DNA from: an uncultured Fimbriiglobus sp.
GTDB lineage: Bacteria; Planctomycetota; Planctomycetia; Gemmatales; Gemmataceae
DNA length: 64,000 bases
Assembly (NCBI GenBank): GCA_964390195.1
Contig: CAYMHO010000007.1
Coordinates: 2,565 to 66,564, forward strand
Reading direction: 5' to 3'
A model generated the notes under the pieces. It did not search any database, was not told where the DNA came from, and was given only the letters and a program-made list of their open reading frames with translations. The position numbers and the translations under genes were made by a program. Shown here piece after piece: positions 9,657 through 17,520 of the stretch (its first letter is position 1; each line of letters starts with the position of its first letter).

Positions 9657-9950
9657 CTAACCCAATCGTACTCCCAACGGCATCGCGTACACCACCCGCG
9701 TGCCGGCGCTCGTTTTCGTCACCGACAGGCAGGCGACCCCCGCCCGGTTCAGCCGGCCGATCTGCTCGCGGGCGTCGGCGTCGGGCAGCGTCGTCTCGAT
9801 TGGGGTGTGGTGCCGCGGGAGACGCTGGAGCATCATCGGGTTGTTCCGATGCCGCTCGTGGGCCGCTCGGACGCGGGCGGAGCGGAGGAACCGCTGGACC
9901 GGAGTCATCGGCGAGTCTCCTGGGGGAAAGGAACGAGTATACCCGGCCAT
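9657..9950 (-). CDS. hypothetical protein
   Basis: ATG at 9950 lies 2 nt after the stop of the upstream ORF (9953). No family recognised. Confidence 0.4.
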   Translation of the reverse strand: MAGYTRSFPPGDSPMTPVQRFLRSARVRAAHERHRNNPMMLQRLPRHHTPIETTLPDADAREQIGRLNRAGVACLSVTKTSAGTRVVYAMPLGVRLG

Positions 9951-9952
9951 CC

Positions 9953-10300
9953 TCACTTCACCCGAACGCCGACCACGACGACCGAAGTACACGCCGGCAC
10001 GTTCATCCCGTTCACCACCGTCGCCGGGGTGGTCGTCACCCGAAGCACGCCGAGCGCCGTAACGGTCTCGTCTCGGTCGATGTCCACCGTGCCGAGCAGT
10101 TGGACGCCGAACTCCACGTCACCGATTTCAACCCCCGTCGTCGTCCACCCGGCGAACGTGGAGGGCGGCTGGCTGGCCGGGCACGTCACCCGCACCACCT
10201 GGCCGTGGAGACTGGCGGCATCGCCGACGGTCATCTTGTCGAGCGGCAGGGCCGGGCCGTTCGGCAGCGCGTGGGCGACGGCGAGCAGTAGTGGGAGCAT
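9953..10300 (-). CDS. small secreted hypothetical protein
   Basis: Start at MLPLLLAVAHA (signal-like). Beta-rich 115 aa. Confidence 0.45.
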   Translation of the reverse strand: MLPLLLAVAHALPNGPALPLDKMTVGDAASLHGQVVRVTCPASQPPSTFAGWTTTGVEIGDVEFGVQLLGTVDIDRDETVTALGVLRVTTTPATVVNGMNVPACTSVVVVGVRVK

Positions 10301-10420
10301 TCGGGAATCGTACCCGCGAGCGGCGGGCACATCAACGGTCGGAGGATCGTGGTAGCCGCCAATCGTTCAATTAATACAATTACCGTGCGTTTCTTCAACT
10401 TTCCGCACGGAGTTCCCGCC

Positions 10421-10621
10421 ATGCTCCCCCACCGAAACCCGCTGTTGGCTTCCGCCAAGTCGATCACGTCCGTCAGCGTCGAATACACCGCCCGCGGCCG
10501 GCGGGTCTCCAAGTCGTTCATCGGTCCGGCCGCCCTGCCGAGGTCGCGGGCCTTCTACAACGCGAAGCTCAAGGCCGGGGCCGACCCGAGGATCGTCGCC
10601 GCGAACCGGGCGCATCCGTAA
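10421..10621 (+). CDS. hypothetical protein
   Basis: 66-aa ORF from the internal Met, followed by a stem-loop terminator at 10646. Confidence 0.35.
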   Translation: MLPHRNPLLASAKSITSVSVEYTARGRRVSKSFIGPAALPRSRAFYNAKLKAGADPRIVAANRAHP

Positions 10622-10645
10622 AGACCCACGTATCGCCGAATGCGC

Positions 10646-10678
10646 GACGCCCGGCCGGAAGGTCGGGCGTCTTCGTTT
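10646..10678 (+). terminator. rho-independent terminator
   Basis: gacgcccggcc-ggaa-ggtcgggcgtc followed by ttcgttt. Confidence 0.55.
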
Positions 10679-10837
10679 CCCACGAAGAATGCTGGCGGTC
10701 GCTGACGAATGTGGGTAGCTTTCTCTCATGCTGTCTTCTGTGGACGGCGGGCAGGTTGGAAAGTTGATTGCCGGTCTCGGGTGCGAGAAACGCCCTGCAA
10801 ACCAGCAGAACAACGCCTTCATGGAGATCTAGTTAAC

Positions 10838-11503
10838 ATGAAAAAAGTTATCGTCTTCGGTCTCGTGGTTGGCGTGATTCTATCTGTGACTGTCACAGCC
10901 CTGTTCGTAATCGTCATGCCGTCCTTCGTCACTAGCCGCGGCGGGGTGAACTCAGAGGGCGTAACTCCCACCACGAGCGAAGCCGGGTTTAAGCCGTCGG
11001 ACACCACGCCGGCAGTCAAGACCGAATCCCATCCGGTTGTGAAGTCCAGTGACCAGCCTGAAAAGATGGCTCCTGATACTCCTGACGAAATTCAAGTCAG
11101 CTTGGCCGACGCGAAAGACGCTCTCCTGAAATCGGGGTTCACCTCTCGGAATCCGACTACTCAATCGGATGGCGGTATCGTGTACTCCTATGAGAAAGAC
11201 GCGATGTACTACGCGGTGAGTAGCATCAAGGACAAAGTGGCCGCAATCATGTTGGCCATCATTACTGATGAGATCAAGGCCCCTAACATGGCCGAGTTCA
11301 AGCGGACGGCAATAACCCTCGTCAGAGTCGTGACCACAAAAGAAATGCCAGCCGAGTACGCAGAGGCTATCGACGCTAGGAAGGACTACTTCGGAGTCAT
11401 AGGCAACTACGTCGTAAGCGTGGAAGAGAAGAAACCCGAAGGCAGATATCAACTCGGCCTCATGTATGCTTCTCCCCAGAAACGCAAGGCCCTAATCAAG
11501 TGA
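10838..11503 (+). CDS. membrane-anchored hypothetical protein
   Basis: MKKVIVFGLVVGVILSVTVTALFVIVMP N-terminal anchor. AT-richer codon use. No family recognised. Confidence 0.65.
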   Translation: MKKVIVFGLVVGVILSVTVTALFVIVMPSFVTSRGGVNSEGVTPTTSEAGFKPSDTTPAVKTESHPVVKSSDQPEKMAPDTPDEIQVSLADAKDALLKSGFTSRNPTTQSDGGIVYSYEKDAMYYAVSSIKDKVAAIMLAIITDEIKAPNMAEFKRTAITLVRVVTTKEMPAEYAEAIDARKDYFGVIGNYVVSVEEKKPEGRYQLGLMYASPQKRKALIK

Positions 11504-11521
11504 ACAATGAGCCGGGCGCGA

Positions 11522-11556
11522 GACCCCCGGCTGTCTCGGGCCGGGGGTCTTCGTTT
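11522..11556. terminator. stem-loop terminator between convergent genes
   Basis: gacccccggc-tgtctcgg-gccgggggtc followed by ttcgttt. Shares the gtcttcgtttcc tail with the terminator at 10646. Confidence 0.55.
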
Positions 11557-11560
11557 CCCG

Positions 11561-11848
11561 TCACTTTCGCGGGCGGAAGGCCGACAGCGCTTCCCAGTCG
11601 ATGGTGGTCGTCGGTATCCCGCCGTCCGCACGCTCGTTCGTCACCAGTCCGTCGGCGTCGTGGTCGGCTTCTTCGCTCGCGTTCGCCGTCACTCCGCCGC
11701 CGAACGCCGACAGTTCGCCCCAGTCGATTGTTTGGGTCGGGATCGGTTCCATCTTCTGCCGTCGGGCGTTGGCGGCGGGGACGTACCCCGGCGGGTCGTC
11801 GTCCAGCCGGCGGGCGGAGCAGAACTTGCACGGGCAGTCGTCGTTCAT
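11561..11848 (-). CDS. small CxxC protein with internal TIDW..LSAF repeat
   Basis: 95 aa. N-terminal CPCKFC. Two copies of IPTxTIDW(G/E)(E/A)LSAF. Confidence 0.5.
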   Translation of the reverse strand: MNDDCPCKFCSARRLDDDPPGYVPAANARRQKMEPIPTQTIDWGELSAFGGGVTANASEEADHDADGLVTNERADGGIPTTTIDWEALSAFRPRK

Positions 11849-12057
11849 CGCAGGTCTCCGGAACGAGGTCGGGCGAAGGAAACACTTGGAGGGAGTTGGT
11901 TCGTTACGGGCATTCGGCGTGGATGTCCTCCGGTGCCCCCGTCGCCGGGTGGTGTCGTTGGTGTTCGCCGGTCGCCCCTGAACGCCTCACGCTCGCCCTG
12001 ATCGGTCGTCACGCAGATGCCGGTATGTAGTCAGCACGGCGTCCGTTCTCGTGGGCA

Positions 12058-12087
12058 TGAAAAAACCCGCAGCCACAAGCTGCGGGT
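12058..12087 (-). terminator. rho-independent terminator ending the phage structural operon
   Basis: On the minus strand: acccgcagc-ttgtg-gctgcgggt followed by tttttt. Lies 45 nt downstream of the protease stop. Confidence 0.65.
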
Positions 12088-12131
12088 CCAAAGAGAGAAT
12101 GCCGTGAGTACCCGGCACACCCTATGTAGTG

Positions 12132-12878
12132 TCACGCCCGATATTTTTCGGTCAGGCGGCGGATGATGTCGTCGGGCGTGACGTGCAGGCGGTTGATCGC
12201 TTCGACCAACGCCTTCACCTGCTGCTCGCGGGTCACTTTCCGGCTCGGCAGGCGGAACCCCATCCGCTTGAGTGTGGCGTGGTCGGTGATGCCCTTCGAC
12301 ACCGCTTCGACCAGTGCATCCTGGTTCACCGGGATGGCACAGCAGGCGTACTCAAGGAGCATCCCGCCCTCGATCACCGCCTGAGCGTTCTTCCAGCTTG
12401 GGTTGCGGCTGACCTCTTCTTTAGTCGGGCTTCGCACCAGGGTGGGCAGGAAGCCGATGCTCTTGCCCTTCAGGATGCCCTCCTGCGTCATCTGCCAGCA
12501 CGCCCGGCTGATGTCCGTGGCTTCGCTGTAAATCGTCTTCGCCTTCAACCCTCCCGGAACCCGCTTGATCCACTGCGCCTTGCCCACGGGTAGCTCGTCG
12601 TACTTGTGGGCGAAGGTGACGATGGGGTTCTTCTGGAAGAACGTCAGGTCCATGCCTTTCGCCAGGATCACATCCCCGTCCCGGTCCACGGTTTCGCACG
12701 ACACCATGCTGACGTCCGCCCGCTCGCCCTTCACCAACTCAGCGTCGGGGGTGCTGCTCTTGCGGCTCAGCTTGCGGTGTTCGGGCGGGAGGGTCCGCAT
12801 CACGGCGTCAACTTCACGGGCGACGGCTTCGGGCAGGGGGATGCCCAGGCTTTTGCACTCAACGAGGTTCTTCTTCAT
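12132..12878 (-). CDS. HK97-family phage prohead (head maturation) protease
   Basis: 248 aa. ATG overlaps the portal stop (ATGA). SMVSCETVDRDGDVI..., PIVTFAHKYDELPVGKA and KGKSIGF resemble the S78/U35 prohead protease family. Confidence 0.75.
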   Translation of the reverse strand: MKKNLVECKSLGIPLPEAVAREVDAVMRTLPPEHRKLSRKSSTPDAELVKGERADVSMVSCETVDRDGDVILAKGMDLTFFQKNPIVTFAHKYDELPVGKAQWIKRVPGGLKAKTIYSEATDISRACWQMTQEGILKGKSIGFLPTLVRSPTKEEVSRNPSWKNAQAVIEGGMLLEYACCAIPVNQDALVEAVSKGITDHATLKRMGFRLPSRKVTREQQVKALVEAINRLHVTPDDIIRRLTEKYRA

Positions 12879-15727
12879 GTCGTCTCCAGTAGTAGGTTGC
12901 ACCGGCAGTACGGGTGGCGGGGTGGAGTTTTGACCTCGGCGTACACGCCCGTGCCGTCCGTCACGAAGATGCCGTCGAGGGGGAGCGTCTTGCCGCTCAG
13001 CGGCTTGCACAACGGGCAGGCGTCGTCGCTCAACAGCCAGGTCTTCCCGGTCACGACCCCGCTCTCTTCGGCGGTGATCATCATGGCGTTGTGCTGCCCC
13101 CGCGAGGCTTCGGTCGCCGCGATGGTGAACGCCCGGTGGTTGCTGGCGTTCTCGAACACCTTCTGCACTCGCCGCATCATGGCGTTCTTCACGTCGCCCT
13201 CCACCAGCCCCTCGGTAAGCTCCTTGCGGAGTTGGGCGAGGGCGTCGGTGATGTCCTTCGCGGTGGTCGCGTTCGTCTCCCGGCAGAAGTGCAGGGTGGC
13301 TTGGTTCACCCCCTCCTTCAGCCTCGGCTGCACCGTGTCGAACATGCTGGCGGACAGGCTGAGGGCGGATGCGGTCTGCTTGGCGGCGGTGTCGAAGTAG
13401 TGCCGGATGACCGGCTGTATCTCCCCGAACATCACGTCCGCCCAATGACGGGCGTCCAGCGTCAGCCGCTCGTCATCGCTCTTGGTGGCGACCTCCGCAT
13501 CGAGCATCTTGAGCGTCTTGGTGACGGCATCCGCTTGGTGGCGGAAGAACCGCTTCAACGCCTTCACCAGCAGGGTGGGTGATTTGAGGGTGAGGGTGCC
13601 TTTGGCGGCGGTGTGTGCCTTGCAACACTTGGCTGGGTCGGTCGGCTTGCTCACCCCGATGCCAAACTGGTGGTATTCGGTGCCGTCCGCCCCGGTATCG
13701 TGCCAGTTCGCCAGGAAGGTGTCGTGGTCGCTGGCGGTGGGTCCGGCGAGCGGGTCTTGGGTGTAGACGTTGGTCTGGTCGATGCCGGTGACGACGACAT
13801 AGTGACCCGTGTCGCCGCTCTGAACCGGGCAGATCACCGGGCATCCGGCGTCGGTGCTGAGGGCGAGGTCATCCAGCGTGAGATCTTGCTTCGGGTAGCA
13901 GTTCAGCCCGCACGCTTCGAGGTATTCGAGGATGTGCGGGACGGCGGTGCCCTGTTCGTTCGTGCCGAGTGCTTCGATGAATTCGGCTTCGGCGTCATCG
14001 CCCACGCCGAAGTAAGCGCACACGGCGTGGGTGGCTGCCGCCCCGCAGTCGTAGTAGTCACGTTGACGAAAGTCCGGCACGGTGAGGAGCGTCGGCTCCG
14101 ACGCCTCCTCTACCTGTTCGGCTTCGGGCATCGCCTTCGGGCTTGGTGCTACTTCCTGGGGTTGATCTTCGGGCTGCTGCTGGGTGGGTGGTGTTGCTTC
14201 TGGCTTCACGGGCAGCAAGGCGTCCGCCTCCTGCGGATTGAACCCGTAGATAATGGTGCATTGCGCCAGTGCCGCCTCGCGGGGCAGTTGCCCGCCGTAG
14301 TAGGCGGTTTGGAGTGCCTGAATCGCCTGCGCCTGCTGCGTGCGGTCCACCGGCGGATCGCTGGCTGGAGGTTCTGGTGTCTCTAATTGTTCCTCGAAGG
14401 CGGTCGCGGGCAGCACCCCGCTCGGCAGCAACGGCTCTCTCGCCCACGCCTCGCTGGTGTACCCTTCCTTCACCCGCACTTCGTCGCGGGTGACGACCTG
14501 TTGTGACAACAACATCTGCACCTTCTGAAGCTCGAAGGAGTCGTCGTCCGGCACCACGTTGTCCGCCTCGAAGAAGAGGCGGGTGTCGAAGTAAGGCACC
14601 AGTCGGTCGTTCAGCTTCTGCACGTTGCCCTCGATTCTGGGCTTGAGGCAGTCGGCTGCCAGGGCGTAGATCGCCGCCTCCCTGGTGCTGCGGTTGCTCG
14701 ATGACCCAAGTTCGAAGATGTCGGGCGGAATGTGGAAGCAGTTGCAGATGACCGTCTTCAGCACCTGATACACCTGAAGCTCAGCCAAGTCCTTCGCCGG
14801 GAAGTTGAGCGGCTGGAGGTTCATGGTCCCGTCCACCACGATGGGACCGCCGTTCCCCTGCCCCTGATACCGCTGGTAATACTCCTTCGCCACCCGCTCC
14901 GCTTCCAACGGGCTGATGCTGTCTTTGATGGAGATCACCGTGTCCGGGCGACCCTGATTGCTCAGGTAGTTGTCGAGGTAGGAAAGCTCTTTGGCTGAGA
15001 TCTCTCTGCGTCCCCACGCCCCCCGGAGGGGCGACATGCCTTCGCCATACGGGTCGAGCGGGTTGGCGTACTTGAAGTGCAGGACTTCCTTCAGCTTGTA
15101 GGTCTGGGCACCCTCCCCCTGCCCGAACAGCCACCCGCTGATGCGGTTCCGCTCGTCCCGCTGGGGATGGACCAAGAACGACGGCAGGTAGTGCAGTTCG
15201 TCCGGGATGCCGAAGGTGTTGAAGCGGACGTGCCAGTAGCTGTTGCCGGTCAGGTCCAAGTCGATCTGCGTGTGTTCCAACAGGTCGTGCTTGTTGTGGT
15301 AGTCGTTGCCGTGGTTCAGCAGGTTCAGCAGCGGGTGTTCGACCACTTCCTTGATGTCGGTGCCGAAGTGCTTCTTCCGCAGGTGGCGAAGCTGCTTCTG
15401 CTCGACGGCTCTGGTGGCGTGCCTCGGCTGACGGTCGCCTGGGTCGGTGCGGACGTACAGGCGGATCGGCACCCGGCTGATCTTCTGGGCGATGAGGCTC
15501 ACGCAGGCGTACACGATGTCGTCGTAAGCCTGGGTGAGATCGAGTTTGGAGGGTTCTTTCTGCCCGTGGAAGGCGTCGTAGGTGCCGCTCAGGGTGCCGC
15601 CGCCGAGGGGCGACCACCACCCCTTCGCAGCCGCCTCCCGCAGTAGTTTGGCGAACCGCTCCTGGGGAGTCGGCTTCTTGGCTGGGGTCTTCTTGGTGGT
15701 ATTGGGCTTCCGCTTCGGTGCTGACAT
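12875..15727 (-). CDS. phage portal protein fused to a C39-like cysteine peptidase domain and a Mu F/SPP1 gp7-like head morphogenesis domain
   Basis: 950 aa. The N-terminal ~450 aa are portal-like. The middle has DYYDCGAAATHAVCAYFG ... GHYVVVTGID (Cys/His papain-like C39 pattern). The C-terminus has PPRHPYCRCNL, typical of the Mu F domain. Confidence 0.85.
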   Translation of the reverse strand: MSAPKRKPNTTKKTPAKKPTPQERFAKLLREAAAKGWWSPLGGGTLSGTYDAFHGQKEPSKLDLTQAYDDIVYACVSLIAQKISRVPIRLYVRTDPGDRQPRHATRAVEQKQLRHLRKKHFGTDIKEVVEHPLLNLLNHGNDYHNKHDLLEHTQIDLDLTGNSYWHVRFNTFGIPDELHYLPSFLVHPQRDERNRISGWLFGQGEGAQTYKLKEVLHFKYANPLDPYGEGMSPLRGAWGRREISAKELSYLDNYLSNQGRPDTVISIKDSISPLEAERVAKEYYQRYQGQGNGGPIVVDGTMNLQPLNFPAKDLAELQVYQVLKTVICNCFHIPPDIFELGSSSNRSTREAAIYALAADCLKPRIEGNVQKLNDRLVPYFDTRLFFEADNVVPDDDSFELQKVQMLLSQQVVTRDEVRVKEGYTSEAWAREPLLPSGVLPATAFEEQLETPEPPASDPPVDRTQQAQAIQALQTAYYGGQLPREAALAQCTIIYGFNPQEADALLPVKPEATPPTQQQPEDQPQEVAPSPKAMPEAEQVEEASEPTLLTVPDFRQRDYYDCGAAATHAVCAYFGVGDDAEAEFIEALGTNEQGTAVPHILEYLEACGLNCYPKQDLTLDDLALSTDAGCPVICPVQSGDTGHYVVVTGIDQTNVYTQDPLAGPTASDHDTFLANWHDTGADGTEYHQFGIGVSKPTDPAKCCKAHTAAKGTLTLKSPTLLVKALKRFFRHQADAVTKTLKMLDAEVATKSDDERLTLDARHWADVMFGEIQPVIRHYFDTAAKQTASALSLSASMFDTVQPRLKEGVNQATLHFCRETNATTAKDITDALAQLRKELTEGLVEGDVKNAMMRRVQKVFENASNHRAFTIAATEASRGQHNAMMITAEESGVVTGKTWLLSDDACPLCKPLSGKTLPLDGIFVTDGTGVYAEVKTPPRHPYCRCNLLLETT

Positions 15728-15767
15728 GCCCTATCTAGTTCGATGGGTGGCATTTCTCCTCCGGTCT

Positions 15768-16025
15768 TCAACTCGCGCCGATGGTGCTTTCAATCCCCTC
15801 GAATTGGGTGGTCAGAGTGGCGACCGCCTGATGCTTGGCTTGCTCAGCCGCTTGGAGGGCGAGGTGTGCCGTCACGGATTCCCGCACGAACTGGTTGAGG
15901 ATTCGGCGTCCGTGTTCGAGTGGTGTGAGTTCGCTCTGGCTGTTCCACCCGTGGTATGCGGCGAACGCCGTGATGAAGGCGTCGGCTCTGTCGTCGGGGA
16001 TGGGCAAGGTGTAGGTGATGTTCAA
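15768..16025 (-). CDS. phage hypothetical protein
   Basis: 85 aa. TTG start preceded by AAGGAG. Sits between the tail-fibre-like and portal genes. Confidence 0.5.
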   Translation of the reverse strand: MNITYTLPIPDDRADAFITAFAAYHGWNSQSELTPLEHGRRILNQFVRESVTAHLALQAAEQAKHQAVATLTTQFEGIESTIGAS

Positions 16026-16034
16026 GATCGCTCC

Positions 16035-16955
16035 TTATGAGTAGAGAGGTATTTTGTATTTGGTCCCTGCCACCATCACATCGACCCAACCAACGGGCGT
16101 GGTGGTGTTGCTCGGTGCGGTGGTGGTGTTCGGGAATGAGGGTAGTCCGCCCTTGCTGATCGCAAACACTGTGTTGCCCGCTGAGTCCTGCCACTGCTGT
16201 AGGTCGGCGGTCTGGGACGCTTCTCCCCGCACCCTCAGCCCAACGTTCGACGCTGAACCGGGGTGACATGTGATGCCGTCAGCCGGAAAGGTGAAGCGTG
16301 TGAACCCCAGCACTCCGACGTAAGCACCCCATGCCGTAATGCGGATGCCGGTGGCGGTCTCGATCTGCCCGTTGCACAAGAACGAACCGTCCGGGCTGAA
16401 CCGCGACCCCACACCACCGCCAACCGATTGCACGGTGAGCGGGTAGTAGCCGTTCTCGCCATACACCACCAACCCGCCGTCCTTGTCGATTGCCGCTTTC
16501 GTTGTGCCGTTTGCACGCTTCCACTGCGTCAGGTCGGCGGTCTGCCCGGTCGCGGCATTGACGGTGATCGGCGTGGTGCTGGCGACGGGAGCGGTGGCAG
16601 TCTGTGGCTGCGTGAACGTATTGGCGGTGTCGGTCTGGGCGAAGCGGGACAGTGCGAACGCCGTGGCGTCCACCCACACCCCTTTGACGCCTGCGGAGAA
16701 GTTGAGCGGACTGGTGGTGCCATTGGAGTTGGCTGTCACCTGAGTGCGGGTGATGGAGTTGGCGGCGGTGTGGTAGGTGGCGACCCCACACTCCCACTCG
16801 TTCCCGCCTCCGCCCTCGATCACATAGTACGTCTGCTGGTTGTCCGAAAGGACGCTGGCGAAGGTGCGGCAACCCGCCACCGCCCCGGCGAACACGATGT
16901 CGCCGGTCCCGGTGCTGGTGCTGGTCTCCTTCACTCGGTCGAAGAATGCTGGCAT
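16035..16955 (-). CDS. phage tail-fibre-like protein
   Basis: The N-terminus FFDRVKETSTSTGTGDIVFAGAVAGCRTFASV resembles the conserved N-terminal domain of many phage tail fibres. Internal QTADL.QW repeats. Confidence 0.6.
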   Translation of the reverse strand: MPAFFDRVKETSTSTGTGDIVFAGAVAGCRTFASVLSDNQQTYYVIEGGGGNEWECGVATYHTAANSITRTQVTANSNGTTSPLNFSAGVKGVWVDATAFALSRFAQTDTANTFTQPQTATAPVASTTPITVNAATGQTADLTQWKRANGTTKAAIDKDGGLVVYGENGYYPLTVQSVGGGVGSRFSPDGSFLCNGQIETATGIRITAWGAYVGVLGFTRFTFPADGITCHPGSASNVGLRVRGEASQTADLQQWQDSAGNTVFAISKGGLPSFPNTTTAPSNTTTPVGWVDVMVAGTKYKIPLYS

Positions 16956-16958
16956 ACG

Positions 16959-17246
16959 CTATCTAGATATTTCATGCTCGGATTCCGCCCCATCTCCACC
17001 GCCCCTCTCTCCCTCCCCACCGATGTCCTCATGTGCCTCCACGCCTCTTTGGACGTGACCATCCGCCTTGCGGCTGCCCTTGCCCTGTCTGAACGGCTGG
17101 GAGTTGTTGTTGGCGTGGACTTGAGGTTGGCGGCTGCGGTTGATGTGTCCGAACGGCTGGGCTGCGTGGTGAGTGTAGACACCCACCTGAGCGGATCGGT
17201 CGTCCGCTGTTAGCCGCTCTAGTTCTGAGCGATCTCCGTCTTCCAC
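16959..17246 (-). CDS. possible small phage ORF (weak)
   Basis: 95-aa ORF filling the gap between 17219 and 16955. Stop lies 3 nt before the next start. Start overlaps the upstream gene. Composition is unconvincing. Confidence 0.25.
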   Translation of the reverse strand: MEDGDRSELERLTADDRSAQVGVYTHHAAQPFGHINRSRQPQVHANNNSQPFRQGKGSRKADGHVQRGVEAHEDIGGEGERGGGDGAESEHEISR

Positions 17247-17512
17247 ACCACCAGGGTGTTACCCGAACTCGCGGCAACCACCTTGATCTTGTACTCCTCG
17301 CCCAGAGCGAGGGTGGCGGTGACGCCCGCCGGGATGGTGCCCCGGTAGTTGCCGTTGGTGGAAGCGACGTAGTTCAGGTTGAAGGTGGCGACGGAGGCGT
17401 TGGCGGCGGTGAACAGGGTGCCGGTGACGGTCGCCGCGTTCTGGTAGGTGCCGGTGGTGTTGTCGATCAGTCCCGTCAGGGTGATCAGGTTGTCGGAGCC
17501 GATGGAGATCAT
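17219..17512 (-). CDS. phage hypothetical protein (Ig-like, beta-rich)
   Basis: 97 aa, immediately downstream of the terminase gene. Confidence 0.5.
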   Translation of the reverse strand: MISIGSDNLITLTGLIDNTTGTYQNAATVTGTLFTAANASVATFNLNYVASTNGNYRGTIPAGVTATLALGEEYKIKVVAASSGNTLVVWKTEIAQN

Positions 17513-17520
17513 GCGGGTAT

